Of a DNA stretch of 64,000 nt, positions 1-9,264 are shown piece by piece (position 1 is the first letter of the stretch; every line of letters begins with the position of its first letter). The notes beneath the pieces were generated by a model. That model searched no databases. It had not been told where the DNA came from and worked only from the letters and a program-made list of their open reading frames with translations. The position numbers were made by a program, and so were the translations under genes. The DNA is from Nanobdellota archaeon (GTDB lineage Archaea; Nanobdellota; Nanobdellia; Pacearchaeales; GW2011-AR1): the NCBI GenBank assembly GCA_022703705.1, contig JAKLDD010000001.1, positions 2,657-66,656 of the forward strand, written 5' to 3'.

Positions 1-603
1 AATCCCCCTTTATTGTACATAACATGAATATGCCCTAATGCATAATAATCTGCTTTTGGTAGACGGTCGGGATTTATAGATTCCATTGGAAGACTACCGA
101 CAACTTTATCTATTGTTGTATGTAACATCAAAATTCTAAATAACCCCGGAGAATCATTTAATCTAACCCTTTTCAAATCTGCGATTTCCAATCCCGATTT
201 TTTCCCAGGATATCCATAAATTGCAACATTTCCATAAACAATTGGATTTAAAATAATAAGATTTTCTCTTTCTTCTGCATTAAAAACATTTTTACAAAAT
301 CCCGCCTTCTCTAAAACATCCAAGAAAGTTTTACCGGAAACAGAATAATCATGCGACCCTGCGATAATAAAACAAGGTATATTCGCTTCTTTTAATCTTC
401 TAAATTGTGAAAAGGTTTCCTTTAATATTTCAATTGGGGGATAAGCTGAATCAAATAAATCTCCTGCAAATAAAATAAAGTCGAGCTTTGAGTTTAAACA
501 AATGTCAATTGCTTTTTTAAAAGAATTAAAATTTAAATCCTGCATTTGCTGTTGTTTCCATCCCCCTAAATGAACATCGGCTATATGTGCAAATCTTACC
601 ATT
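1..603 (-). CDS. Mre11/SbcD-family metallophosphoesterase (DNA repair nuclease), 5' part only; apparent +1 frameshift about 25 codons after the start
   Basis: Reverse-strand ATG at 603 gives MVRFAHIADVHLGGWKQQQMQ then stops. The shifted frame continues DLNFNSFKKAIDICLNSKLDFILFAGDLFDSAYPPIEILKETF...ALGHIHVMYNKG, i.e. Mre11 motifs I-II and GHIH, and runs off the window start. The frame break sits at a CCC/GGG run at 538-540. Confidence 0.6.
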
Positions 604-676
604 TTTACATTATTTTTAATAAAAAAGTTTATAACAGCACGAAACTATTCCCATATATAAAATTAATTGTATTAAA

Positions 677-2158
677 ATGAGGTATAATATTCTTATAGGA
701 GGCGAAGCAGGGCAGGGACCCAATATATTGACACAAGTTCTTGGAGAGGGATTAGTTAAAAATGGGAATCACGTTTTTTATTCAAGAAATTATCAATCAT
801 TAATAAGGGGGGGGCACAATTTTAACATATTAACTTTTTCTGAAGAACCTGTATTGAGCAATGATTCAAAGATAGACATATTAGTATGTTTAGATAATAA
901 AACAGAAGAAATTCATAAAAAAAATTTAAAAAAAGAAGGAATAATCCTAAAAGGAAATGATAGCAATATGTATTACGCAGGAAGAATCTTTAAATTATTT
1001 TGTTTGGATTTCAAACTCCTTGAAAATAGATTAAAAGAAATTGGAAATAAATTTAAAGAAAATCTTTCTGAAGCAAAAAAGGGATATGAAGAAGAAACTA
1101 AAACTGTTTGTAAAATAAAAAAGCAGAGTGAAGATCACATATTTCTTAATGGAAATCAGGGCATTTCGGAAGGGGCTGTAAAATCAAATATAAAATTTTA
1201 TTATGCTTATCCAATGACCCCTGCAACACCTATAATGAATGAACTTGCATCTAAAAAAGATGTAAATGTTATTGAACTGGAAAATGAAATTGCTGTTATA
1301 AATGCAGGAATTGGAAGTTCAATTGTAGGAAAAAATGTTATGGTGGGAACGTCTGGAGGGGGATTTGATTTAATGACTGAAGCATTAAGTATGACTGGTG
1401 TTGCTGAAATCCCAATAGTGGTTTATCTTTCTCAAAGGCCAGGTCCGGGTACAGGAGTTGCAACATCTACTTCTCAGGGAGATTTAAATTTAGCGTTAAA
1501 TTTCGGACATGGAGAATTTTTTAGAATAGTTCTTGCACCAGGAGACCCAAAAGAAGCACAAGAATTAACTAATCAGGCATTTTATCTTTCTCAAAAATAT
1601 AAAACTCCTTCAATAATCTTAGGAGATAAACATCTTGCAGAAAGCTTTTATACAATTCACGAAAAATCTTCTTTTATTGAAATAAAAAATAAAACTCCTT
1701 TAACAAGGTATAATAGTTATGAAAAAGATGAATTTGGGAGTGCAACAGAAAATCCAGAAATTATTAAAAAAAATATTGAAAAAAGAAATGCAAAAGCAAA
1801 AGAAATTAAAATAGAAAGTAAAAAATTTCAAAATTATAAATTATTTGGAAAAAAAGATTCAAAAAATTTAATTGTTTCGTGGGGTTCTACAAAAGGAGCG
1901 ATAATTGATTCGATTAAAAATCTAAATTGTGGTTTTCTCCAGATTTTATATTTAGAACCTTTTTCTGAAAAAATAAAAGAGGAAATCTTAAATAAAAATT
2001 TAATTTTAATAGAAAATAATACATCTAGTCCGCTTTCAGAATTAATTGCAAAAAAAACAGGCATATTTATAGATGATAAAAATAAAATATTAAGATATGA
2101 TGGAAATCCCTTTTTTGCGGATGAATTAAAATATGAAATAGAAAAGAGGTTGAAATGA
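677..2158 (+). CDS. 2-oxoacid:ferredoxin oxidoreductase, fused gamma-alpha subunit
   Basis: N-terminal GGEAGQG gamma-subunit motif; alpha-subunit YAYPMTPATPIMNELA and GTSGGGFDLMTEALS motifs. Confidence 0.8.
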   Translation: MRYNILIGGEAGQGPNILTQVLGEGLVKNGNHVFYSRNYQSLIRGGHNFNILTFSEEPVLSNDSKIDILVCLDNKTEEIHKKNLKKEGIILKGNDSNMYYAGRIFKLFCLDFKLLENRLKEIGNKFKENLSEAKKGYEEETKTVCKIKKQSEDHIFLNGNQGISEGAVKSNIKFYYAYPMTPATPIMNELASKKDVNVIELENEIAVINAGIGSSIVGKNVMVGTSGGGFDLMTEALSMTGVAEIPIVVYLSQRPGPGTGVATSTSQGDLNLALNFGHGEFFRIVLAPGDPKEAQELTNQAFYLSQKYKTPSIILGDKHLAESFYTIHEKSSFIEIKNKTPLTRYNSYEKDEFGSATENPEIIKKNIEKRNAKAKEIKIESKKFQNYKLFGKKDSKNLIVSWGSTKGAIIDSIKNLNCGFLQILYLEPFSEKIKEEILNKNLILIENNTSSPLSELIAKKTGIFIDDKNKILRYDGNPFFADELKYEIEKRLK

Positions 2159-2526
2159 AAATAAAATTTCATACAAAGCAACAAATAACCTGGATTTTTT
2201 GGACAACAATTATAATGTGTATTGGATTGATTTTATTCAAATATATTCCAATGCATCTTTTTGGAGAAAATATCTTATATGATGCTTCTTCACACATAAT
2301 CTGGACTAGTTGGGGACTTTATGTTGCTTGGTTTTTCGTTGACCAAAAGAAATCCTGGAGAATTCCGTATTTTGTGCTTTGCGGGGCTGTCCTGATAGTT
2401 ATGAGCATTCAAAGAATATATGCGCAGCAGCATAACGAAATTGGGGTTTTCTTGGGACTATTAATAGCAGGAATTGCAATAGTGCTTCCAAGATGGAATG
2501 AATTTGAAAAGGAGATAAAATTCTAA
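2155..2526 (+). CDS. small polytopic membrane protein inserted between the OFOR alpha and beta genes
   Basis: 123 aa with about four hydrophobic segments; 4-nt overlap with the upstream stop and 2-nt gap to the beta gene. Confidence 0.45.
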   Translation: MKIKFHTKQQITWIFWTTIIMCIGLILFKYIPMHLFGENILYDASSHIIWTSWGLYVAWFFVDQKKSWRIPYFVLCGAVLIVMSIQRIYAQQHNEIGVFLGLLIAGIAIVLPRWNEFEKEIKF

Positions 2527-2527
2527 A

Positions 2528-3322
2528 ATGCCAATTAATCTTTCAACAAATACGAAACCAACCTGGTGCCCAGGTTGCTGGAATTTTCAAATACTTGCAG
2601 GAGTCAAAAATTTCTTAGCTAAAAAGATAAAGAATGAAGAAGACAAAAAAAATTATGCAATTGTTACAGGTATAGGTTGCCATGCTAAAATTTTTGATTA
2701 TATTAACTTAAATGGGATAAACTCCCTCCATGGAAGGGTTCTTCCAACTGCCCTTGGAATGAAAATTGGAAATCCAAAATTGAATATAATTGGATTTTCT
2801 GGAGATGGGGATGCATATGCAGAAGGCATGGAACATTTAGTTCATGCAGCAAGATACAATGCAAATATAAAATATCTTGTTCATAACAATCAGGTTTTTG
2901 CTCTTACTGTTGGGCAACCTACACCTGTAACTGAAACTGGATTTAAAGATAAAACAACCCCTCAAGGAGTTAAACTCTCCCCAATAAACCCTATAAAATT
3001 AATGCTTTCTGCAGGAGCAACTTTTGTAGCAAGAGTTTATGCAGATGCTAAACAGATTGAAGAAGTTTTAAATGAAGCATTCAAACATAATGGATTTGCA
3101 TTTATAGAAGTAATTCAACCCTGTTTAATTTTTCATCCAGATAAAAATTACAAAGAAAAAACTTATTTTCTAAAAGATAAAAAACACGACGATAAAAATT
3201 TTGAACAAGCAATGAAAAGAGCTCAGGAATTTGATTATTTAATCCCAACAAAAAAAACAAAAATACCTTTAGGAATATTTTACAGGGAAAAGAGAAAAGC
3301 TTTTGAGGAAAATATAAAATAA
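2528..3322 (+). CDS. 2-oxoacid:ferredoxin oxidoreductase beta subunit (TPP-binding)
   Basis: TWCPGCWNF, GIGCHAKI and GDGDAYAEGMEHLVHAARYN motifs typical of PorB/KorB. Confidence 0.85.
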   Translation: MPINLSTNTKPTWCPGCWNFQILAGVKNFLAKKIKNEEDKKNYAIVTGIGCHAKIFDYINLNGINSLHGRVLPTALGMKIGNPKLNIIGFSGDGDAYAEGMEHLVHAARYNANIKYLVHNNQVFALTVGQPTPVTETGFKDKTTPQGVKLSPINPIKLMLSAGATFVARVYADAKQIEEVLNEAFKHNGFAFIEVIQPCLIFHPDKNYKEKTYFLKDKKHDDKNFEQAMKRAQEFDYLIPTKKTKIPLGIFYREKRKAFEENIK

Positions 3323-3395
3323 TAATTTTTTATAATAATATTTATAAAACAGTAAGAAATCTTTATTTTAATAGAGGATTGTTCCTCTTCTTAAA

Positions 3396-4334
3396 ATGAT
3401 ATCCGAAATTGCATTATTTACATTAATTTCTCTTACTCCAGCTGAAAAAGGAACTATTAATAATCTTGAAAGAAGGTTGAAAAAAGAAGGACATGATATT
3501 TCAGAGTATATTAATGATTCCCGTTTTCAGATATACAAACCTGAAAAAGGAAAGAAAACAGTTAATTATGCTGACATAAAACAATCCTGGTATATGAGGC
3601 CTGATTCTATTGAAAAATGCGCTGATTTTATTGAAGAATATTATCATAATTTAGAAGTGATTCGTGCTAAATATGAAATCTCTCCAGAGCATATGGTCTC
3701 TCAGCTTCAGCTTGAAACAAGATTGGGGCAATATACGGGGGAAAAACCTCTGATAAATTCTTTTATTTCAATATATTTAAACAACCCAAGAAGAAGAGAA
3801 GAATTTTACAGATACCTCAAGGATTTCCTAGACTTATTTGAAAATAAAACAGATAATATAATCCTTTCAGAAGACATTTTTGAAATTAGAGGATCATGGG
3901 CAGGAGCATATGGTATTGCGCAAGCTATGCCAACCCTAATTAAAAAATACGGAAAAGATACAGATGGAAATGGAGATGGTATGTTTGACCTTATGAATAT
4001 GTTAGATGCAATGGAATTTATGGCAAGACATCTTTGTGATTTAGGATTTGGAAAAAATGCAAGAGCAACACAGGGATATAACAGGGGGGATAAGTTCTAT
4101 CAAAGTGCAATAGATAAGCATAAATTAGCATTAAGTGAAGTTATGAAAGAAAGAAGCAAAATTCCCCCTAAAAAAATAATTTATAATATAAAACCAATAA
4201 TACCAAATATTCAATATCCTCCAAGAACTAATATTCAAGAAACTAAAATCGTTGAAGTTGCACAACAACCTGCCCAAAGACAATTTTTCATAAAGAGAAT
4301 TATTCAAAATAGAAGGAATGGGAGAAGAGGGTAA
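3396..4334 (+). CDS. lytic murein transglycosylase-like protein (SLT_2/MltB family)
   Basis: QLQLETRLGQY (catalytic Glu region) and RGSWAGAYGIAQAMPT match the MltB-family GSWAGAMGQTQFMP signature; basic and Pro-rich C-terminal tail. Confidence 0.6.
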   Translation: MISEIALFTLISLTPAEKGTINNLERRLKKEGHDISEYINDSRFQIYKPEKGKKTVNYADIKQSWYMRPDSIEKCADFIEEYYHNLEVIRAKYEISPEHMVSQLQLETRLGQYTGEKPLINSFISIYLNNPRRREEFYRYLKDFLDLFENKTDNIILSEDIFEIRGSWAGAYGIAQAMPTLIKKYGKDTDGNGDGMFDLMNMLDAMEFMARHLCDLGFGKNARATQGYNRGDKFYQSAIDKHKLALSEVMKERSKIPPKKIIYNIKPIIPNIQYPPRTNIQETKIVEVAQQPAQRQFFIKRIIQNRRNGRRG

Positions 4335-4350
4335 TAAAATTTTAAAAAAA

Positions 4351-4905
4351 TTAAATAATTTTTAATTCCCAGACACACAATCTTTCAAAAAATAATTTTT
4401 CACATCCAATTTCTCTTGCTTTATATCCTAATTTTTCAAAATTTATATCCTCAGATAAACTGCTTGTAATTAAAAAAATTTCTCCATTTTTTTCAAGATA
4501 ATTTCTTGCTTCTTTTAAAAATTTTAAAACAATTTCATTTCCCTTTTTCCCTCCAGTTGTGTTTAATTTTGAATGGGGGGGTTCTCTTAAATCATCAGGT
4601 AAATAAGGCGGATTAAAAATTATTAAATCAAATTTTCCAGAAATATTTTTAAATAAATCAGAATGAATACAATTAAATCCAAGAATATTACAATGATTCA
4701 CTGAAGCCTTATTTATATCAGAGGAAAAAATATTTTCTTTTTTAACTCCTGAGACTTCTGCTGTTTGAAGATGAATTCCACTACCTGCTCCAATTTCTAA
4801 CAATTTTAAATTTATATTTTTATTTAAAAGCAAAGGGATTTGCTCTTTTAAAATTCTTGACATTAAATAAGAATCCTCTGCAGGCACGTATATACTTTTA
4901 TGCAT
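4351..4905 (-). CDS. HemK/Mtq2-family SAM-dependent methyltransferase (release-factor glutamine N5-MTase-like)
   Basis: LEIGAGSG motif I and DLIIFNPPY motif IV. Confidence 0.65.
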   Translation of the reverse strand: MHKSIYVPAEDSYLMSRILKEQIPLLLNKNINLKLLEIGAGSGIHLQTAEVSGVKKENIFSSDINKASVNHCNILGFNCIHSDLFKNISGKFDLIIFNPPYLPDDLREPPHSKLNTTGGKKGNEIVLKFLKEARNYLEKNGEIFLITSSLSEDINFEKLGYKAREIGCEKLFFERLCVWELKII

Positions 4906-4906
4906 T

Positions 4907-5809
4907 TTATGCTAAATTCCAAGCAGTAAATAATTCAATTAATTGGTCTTTAAACACAAATACTGAAATTAATGCTCCTAAGAAAAAGATAAATAATAAT
5001 ATAAGCAAAATAATTATTCCTTGTCCTGCTTGATTTGAAGGATCCTTAGATCCGTAATTAGAAACCCTTTGTATTGTTGATGCTGGCTTTCTTTCTGCCT
5101 CTAAGTTTATAATTTCTATTTTTGAAGGGAGCCTTATATTTCTCAATGTAGATATTGCTGATTCTATTCTATTATTTAAATCTTCAACAGATTCATCTGG
5201 TTCCCTGGAAGTTGAAACTATCTGAACAGATTTGGGTTGGGGTTTAGGTTGTGGTTTAGGTTCTGGTTTAATCTCTGGTTTTTCAATTTCTTCAATAAAT
5301 TCTGGCTCAGGTTCTGGTTTAGGTTCCGGTTTAGGTTGAGATATAGGTTTTAGTTTAGTCTTTGGTTTTTCAATTTCTTTAACAGGCTTTATTTCTTGTT
5401 CTTCTTTGGGTTTTGATTTAAACTTAGATTTTAATCTAGAAAAAAATCCTGGTTTTTTTTCTTTCTCTTCTTTTTTCTTGATTTCTTTTTTAATTTCGGG
5501 TTGTTCTTCATATTCAGGTGAAATCTTTGGTTTAAGATATGTTTCTGGAACAACTGGTTTTTCAGAATATTCAAGAGATTTATCTTGAACTTCTTTAGCT
5601 ACAATTGATTTTTCTATTTCTTGTGGAATTTTACTTGGATTTATTACTTTTTCGGCTTGCCCCCCAGTTTGTTTATATAATTCTCTAGCTGCCCCTTCTA
5701 TCTCCTGTTTATTATATCCTGCATTATAAAAAGAAAACATTGCACTTTGAAGAGATTCGCCTCTTGAAAGAGCCTCTATTAATCCATGAAAAATTGTTTC
5801 GTTTATCAT
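4907..5809 (-). CDS. tail-anchored membrane protein with a long Lys/Glu/Pro-rich (PEPK-repeat) linker
   Basis: Short N-terminal globular region, then EKPKTKLKPISQPKPEPKPEPEPE... low-complexity repeats and a single C-terminal TM segment. Confidence 0.5.
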   Translation of the reverse strand: MINETIFHGLIEALSRGESLQSAMFSFYNAGYNKQEIEGAARELYKQTGGQAEKVINPSKIPQEIEKSIVAKEVQDKSLEYSEKPVVPETYLKPKISPEYEEQPEIKKEIKKKEEKEKKPGFFSRLKSKFKSKPKEEQEIKPVKEIEKPKTKLKPISQPKPEPKPEPEPEFIEEIEKPEIKPEPKPQPKPQPKSVQIVSTSREPDESVEDLNNRIESAISTLRNIRLPSKIEIINLEAERKPASTIQRVSNYGSKDPSNQAGQGIIILLILLFIFFLGALISVFVFKDQLIELFTAWNLA

Positions 5810-5810
5810 T

Positions 5811-7154
5811 TTATAGTTTTATTACCTTTCCATTCGAAGAAAGATGAGCATTTTCTTGAAATTTATATCCTAATTCGCAGGATAATTCTATAAGAGGAGT
5901 TTCCTGTTGCAAAGAACCGTGTGCAGGAACTATGTGTTGTGGTTTAAGCATATCAATTAAATCTCTTAAATCCTCTCTTCCACCATGTCCTGAAACATGA
6001 ACATCTGTCTGCAATCTTACTCCCTGTTTTCTTAACTTACTATCCATTTTTTCACGAGCATTTATATTTACTGCAACTGGTATTATGCTTGATGAAAATA
6101 TAAGGTTATCTCCCATTTTAAACTTAAAGGGTGTTTCCCCTTTCACTATTCTATCCAGAATAGAACCCGGTTCTCCTTGATGTCCAGTACAAACTATTAA
6201 ATATTTTCCACGATTTCCTTCGAGTTTTTTCAAAAAAGAATTTATCTGCTTTCTAAATCTCATTATCTCAACCTTATTCCTAAACGGACATTGATTAACT
6301 TTTATTGCTGCCTCTACATATTTGTTTAAACTTCTACCAAGAAAAACAATTTTTCTATTTGTTTTTTGTCCAAATTCAACTATGCTCTTTAATCTTGCAA
6401 TATGGGAAGAAAAAGTAGTGATAAAAAGCGCAGAGTTCTTATCTCTTACTGTCCCAAGAGCATCTTCCACTAAATTTCTTGCAATTCGTTCACTTGCTGT
6501 TCTTCTATCTGTATCTGAATAAAGAGCGTCAACAACCAAACATTTAATTTTCATTTTTCCTAATTCTTTAAGTCGTTTATAATTTGTTGGAAGACCAATT
6601 ATTGGATGATTATCAAATTTAAAATCAAGAGCATAAAAAAAGATTCCTTCTTTTGAATGCCAAGCAATAAAAAAGCACTGAAGAGTTGAATGGGTTGTAT
6701 TTATAAATTCCATTTTTAAATTTCCATTTTTCCCCTTAATTAAATAAGTTGTATTTTCATTAACAACTTTCTTCTTGTTTCTAATTACAATTTTTTCATC
6801 TTTTAAAATTGAATCAAAAACAGCCATGGTAAATGGGCTTGCTATAATTTCTGCCTTCGGATATCTGTGAGCTAAATAAGGCAACCCCCCAACATGATCT
6901 AAATGTGCATGCCCAATTATAATTGCGCGAACCTTATCTGTCCATCCAAGCTTATCCAAAATTAAATCATCTGGAATTGCTTTTATTCCTCTTAACATTT
7001 TTTCAGTATATTGCTGCTGACTTTCATGTTCCTGAATTTCAACAACGGGTGGAAGAAAAATACCTGCATCAAAAATAATTACATCGTCTTCTACTTTTAC
7101 AGCAGTCATGTTTTTTCCTACCTCTTCATAACCCCCAATTGTACAAATTTCCAT
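5811..7154 (-). CDS. rnj: archaeal RNase J (metallo-beta-lactamase/beta-CASP ribonuclease)
   Basis: N-terminal IGGYEEVGKNM and GHAHLDHVGGLPYL motifs; about 447 aa with no KH domains. Confidence 0.8.
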   Translation of the reverse strand: MEICTIGGYEEVGKNMTAVKVEDDVIIFDAGIFLPPVVEIQEHESQQQYTEKMLRGIKAIPDDLILDKLGWTDKVRAIIIGHAHLDHVGGLPYLAHRYPKAEIIASPFTMAVFDSILKDEKIVIRNKKKVVNENTTYLIKGKNGNLKMEFINTTHSTLQCFFIAWHSKEGIFFYALDFKFDNHPIIGLPTNYKRLKELGKMKIKCLVVDALYSDTDRRTASERIARNLVEDALGTVRDKNSALFITTFSSHIARLKSIVEFGQKTNRKIVFLGRSLNKYVEAAIKVNQCPFRNKVEIMRFRKQINSFLKKLEGNRGKYLIVCTGHQGEPGSILDRIVKGETPFKFKMGDNLIFSSSIIPVAVNINAREKMDSKLRKQGVRLQTDVHVSGHGGREDLRDLIDMLKPQHIVPAHGSLQQETPLIELSCELGYKFQENAHLSSNGKVIKL

Positions 7155-7250
7155 TTATATTTAATATTTCCCTTTTTATATAAAAATAATGGTTTTTCAG
7201 TTTAAATATGTTTTCAGAAGTTTTTTATAATCGATTTTCTATATTAAAAT

Positions 7251-7529
7251 ATGAAACCATTAATACCCTCATCCAAGGAAAATAAAAGATATCTTTTTAT
7301 TTCTGGAAAAAATTTAAGGGAAAATATTGAAAAAGCAATTCTAGAATTTTCTGGTATTTTAGGTATGAGCAAGTGTGGATTGAGTTTTATTAAATCAGAA
7401 GAAGGAAAAACAATTATCTCTGTAAACAGAGAAACAGTTGATTTGGTAAGAGCAAGCTTGGCTGTTTTTCCTGAAAAAATGGAAGTTCTGAAGGTAAGTG
7501 GAACTTTAAAAGGATTGGAGAGAAAATAA
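7251..7529 (+). CDS. RNase P protein component Pop5/Rnp2-like (tentative)
   Basis: About 92 aa; KRYLFISG and VDLVRASL resemble the Pop5 RYIAFEV and VRAAL regions; weak similarity only. Confidence 0.4.
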   Translation: MKPLIPSSKENKRYLFISGKNLRENIEKAILEFSGILGMSKCGLSFIKSEEGKTIISVNRETVDLVRASLAVFPEKMEVLKVSGTLKGLERK

Positions 7530-7577
7530 CTTTTCGAGAAGAATAATTCTTATAAATATAAGAAATTATTTTGAAAT

Positions 7578-7844
7578 ATGGGTATTTCTTTACTAAAAAA
7601 AATATTATGTAGAAAAGATTTTGTAGAGCTTTTTGATTCAAAAATTCAGAGCGAGGATAAATTGACAATTAATTCTTATTTTGAAAAAATTCGTGCTGAA
7701 AAAGGAAAAATAATTAGTATAGAGAATATAGAAAGCCGGAGAAGTGAATTTGACGATGGAACATATACAGACAAGCCCGGCATATATACATATACAATCA
7801 ATAGCTACCTAATTCATTACAAATGCCATAAACAGATTTCTTAA
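7578..7844 (+). CDS. hypothetical protein
   Basis: ORF preceded by the AATAATTCTTATAAA promoter-like element about 28 nt upstream. Confidence 0.4.
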   Translation: MGISLLKKILCRKDFVELFDSKIQSEDKLTINSYFEKIRAEKGKIISIENIESRRSEFDDGTYTDKPGIYTYTINSYLIHYKCHKQIS

Positions 7845-7875
7845 TAGTAATTAAATTAAATCTTAAAAATTATAA

Positions 7876-8127
7876 TTAATCATAAACATTTTTTCTATGT
7901 CCTAACTTAAGAACCAAGAGAATTAATTCTTCGTGTTTAATCTGATAAATTGCACGATAATTCCCAAATCTTAAACTCCAAAGTCCTGCAAGATTTGCTG
8001 TCAGCGGTTTTCCTAGCTGAGGGTTTTTTTCTAATTCATTAAACTTCTTAACTATTCTTTCCTGCTCAACTTTTTCCAGCTTTCTAAAGAAATCTTCTGG
8101 TTTTTTCTCAAGTATTATCTTATACAT
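7876..8127 (-). CDS. RelE/ParE-family toxin
   Basis: 83 aa with a C-terminal LGHRKNVYD typical of RelE; overlaps the upstream antitoxin ORF by 8 nt. Confidence 0.6.
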   Translation of the reverse strand: MYKIILEKKPEDFFRKLEKVEQERIVKKFNELEKNPQLGKPLTANLAGLWSLRFGNYRAIYQIKHEELILLVLKLGHRKNVYD

Positions 8128-8389
8128 CTAAATTAAGCTCTTTTTTAAGTTTAGAAAATTCTATGCCTCTTCCTTTTTCATATTCCTCCAAGGACTGAGC
8201 AATATCCCTCATAGTCTGAGAGTCAGAAAGAATTTCAATAGTTTCTATTAAACTCTCTCTATCAACATTTTTAGGAGAGCAATTATTTAATATTCTAATA
8301 ATCACATCGTTATATGATTCTCTATAATGAATTTTAATCTTATCTAATTTATCTTTCACCTTTTCATCTAGTTGTATTGTTGTTACCAT
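8120..8389 (-). CDS. antitoxin partner of RelE (RelB/ribbon-helix-helix-like)
   Basis: 89-aa ORF immediately upstream of and overlapping the toxin; acidic C-terminus. Confidence 0.5.
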   Translation of the reverse strand: MVTTIQLDEKVKDKLDKIKIHYRESYNDVIIRILNNCSPKNVDRESLIETIEILSDSQTMRDIAQSLEEYEKGRGIEFSKLKKELNLDV

Positions 8390-8415
8390 AGTTTACTATA
8401 GATAACTATAGTTTA
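8388..8415. promoter_or_regulatory. palindromic candidate operator of the toxin-antitoxin operon
   Basis: TAGTTTACTATAG-ATAA-CTATAGTTTA inverted repeat abutting the antitoxin start codon, followed by TTTATAAAT. Confidence 0.35.
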
Positions 8416-8537
8416 TAAATATTTCTGCTGTAATACAACAAATTTTTCCACCGCAAAACTTAAAAACTTATAAAAACTGAAAATTTTAACGAGATAGAGA
8501 AAAAAATTAAACAAATTATAAAATTCTCTTATATAAA

Positions 8538-9257
8538 ATGGATATGCCAATAGATATGCACAACCAAGCAATGGGTTATGACAGAACATCAACTATGTTC
8601 TCTCCCGAAGGACATTTACTTCAGGTAGAATATGCTGAAAAAACAGTCAGACTTGGAAGCTCAAGCATTGGAATGGTTTGTTCAGACGGAGTTTTTATAA
8701 TTGCAGATAGAAAAATTGAAGACAAATTAATTGTAAAAGATTCTGCAAATAAAATATATGAAATTGATTCTCACATTATTGCTAGTGCTGCAGGAATTGT
8801 TTCTGATTCAAGAATCCTTATTGAAAAAGCACAACTTTTATGTCAGCAGCATAGAGTGACTTATGATTCTCCTATTGAACCTGAATTAGTAATCAAAGAA
8901 ATTGCAAATATGAAACAACAATTCACACAATATGGTGGTGCAAGACCTTTCGGAGTTTCAGTAATGATTGCAGGAATAAACAGCAAAAAACCAGAAATTT
9001 ATACAAGTGATGTCACTGGAAATTATTTCTCCTATTATGCAAATGCTATTGGAGAAAATGATGATAAGATAAAAGAAGAATTAAGAGAAAAATACAAGCA
9101 AAATCTTACAATAAAACAAGGAATAAAATTGGCTATAGAAATTCTTGAAAAAGTTCAAGGAAACAAATTCAATCTAAAAAGATGTGAACTAGTTTATGTT
9201 AATAAAGAAGATTCAAAATTAAAAAGAATTGAAGGGGAAAGTATTAAAGAATTATAG
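8538..9257 (+). CDS. psmA: proteasome alpha subunit
   Basis: YDRTSTMFSPEGHLLQVEYAEK N-terminal signature. Confidence 0.9.
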   Translation: MDMPIDMHNQAMGYDRTSTMFSPEGHLLQVEYAEKTVRLGSSSIGMVCSDGVFIIADRKIEDKLIVKDSANKIYEIDSHIIASAAGIVSDSRILIEKAQLLCQQHRVTYDSPIEPELVIKEIANMKQQFTQYGGARPFGVSVMIAGINSKKPEIYTSDVTGNYFSYYANAIGENDDKIKEELREKYKQNLTIKQGIKLAIEILEKVQGNKFNLKRCELVYVNKEDSKLKRIEGESIKEL

Positions 9258-9264
9258 AAAGAGA

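Noticed and set aside
1834-2184. Minus-strand 116-aa ORF antisense to the 3' end of the OFOR alpha gene
   Set aside because: It overlaps a well-supported coding region on the opposite strand and its translation is low-complexity (Phe/Ser/Ile-rich).
5406-5588. 60-aa plus-strand ORF
   Set aside because: It lies antisense inside the low-complexity PEPK-repeat gene and is itself low-complexity. It is a frame artefact.
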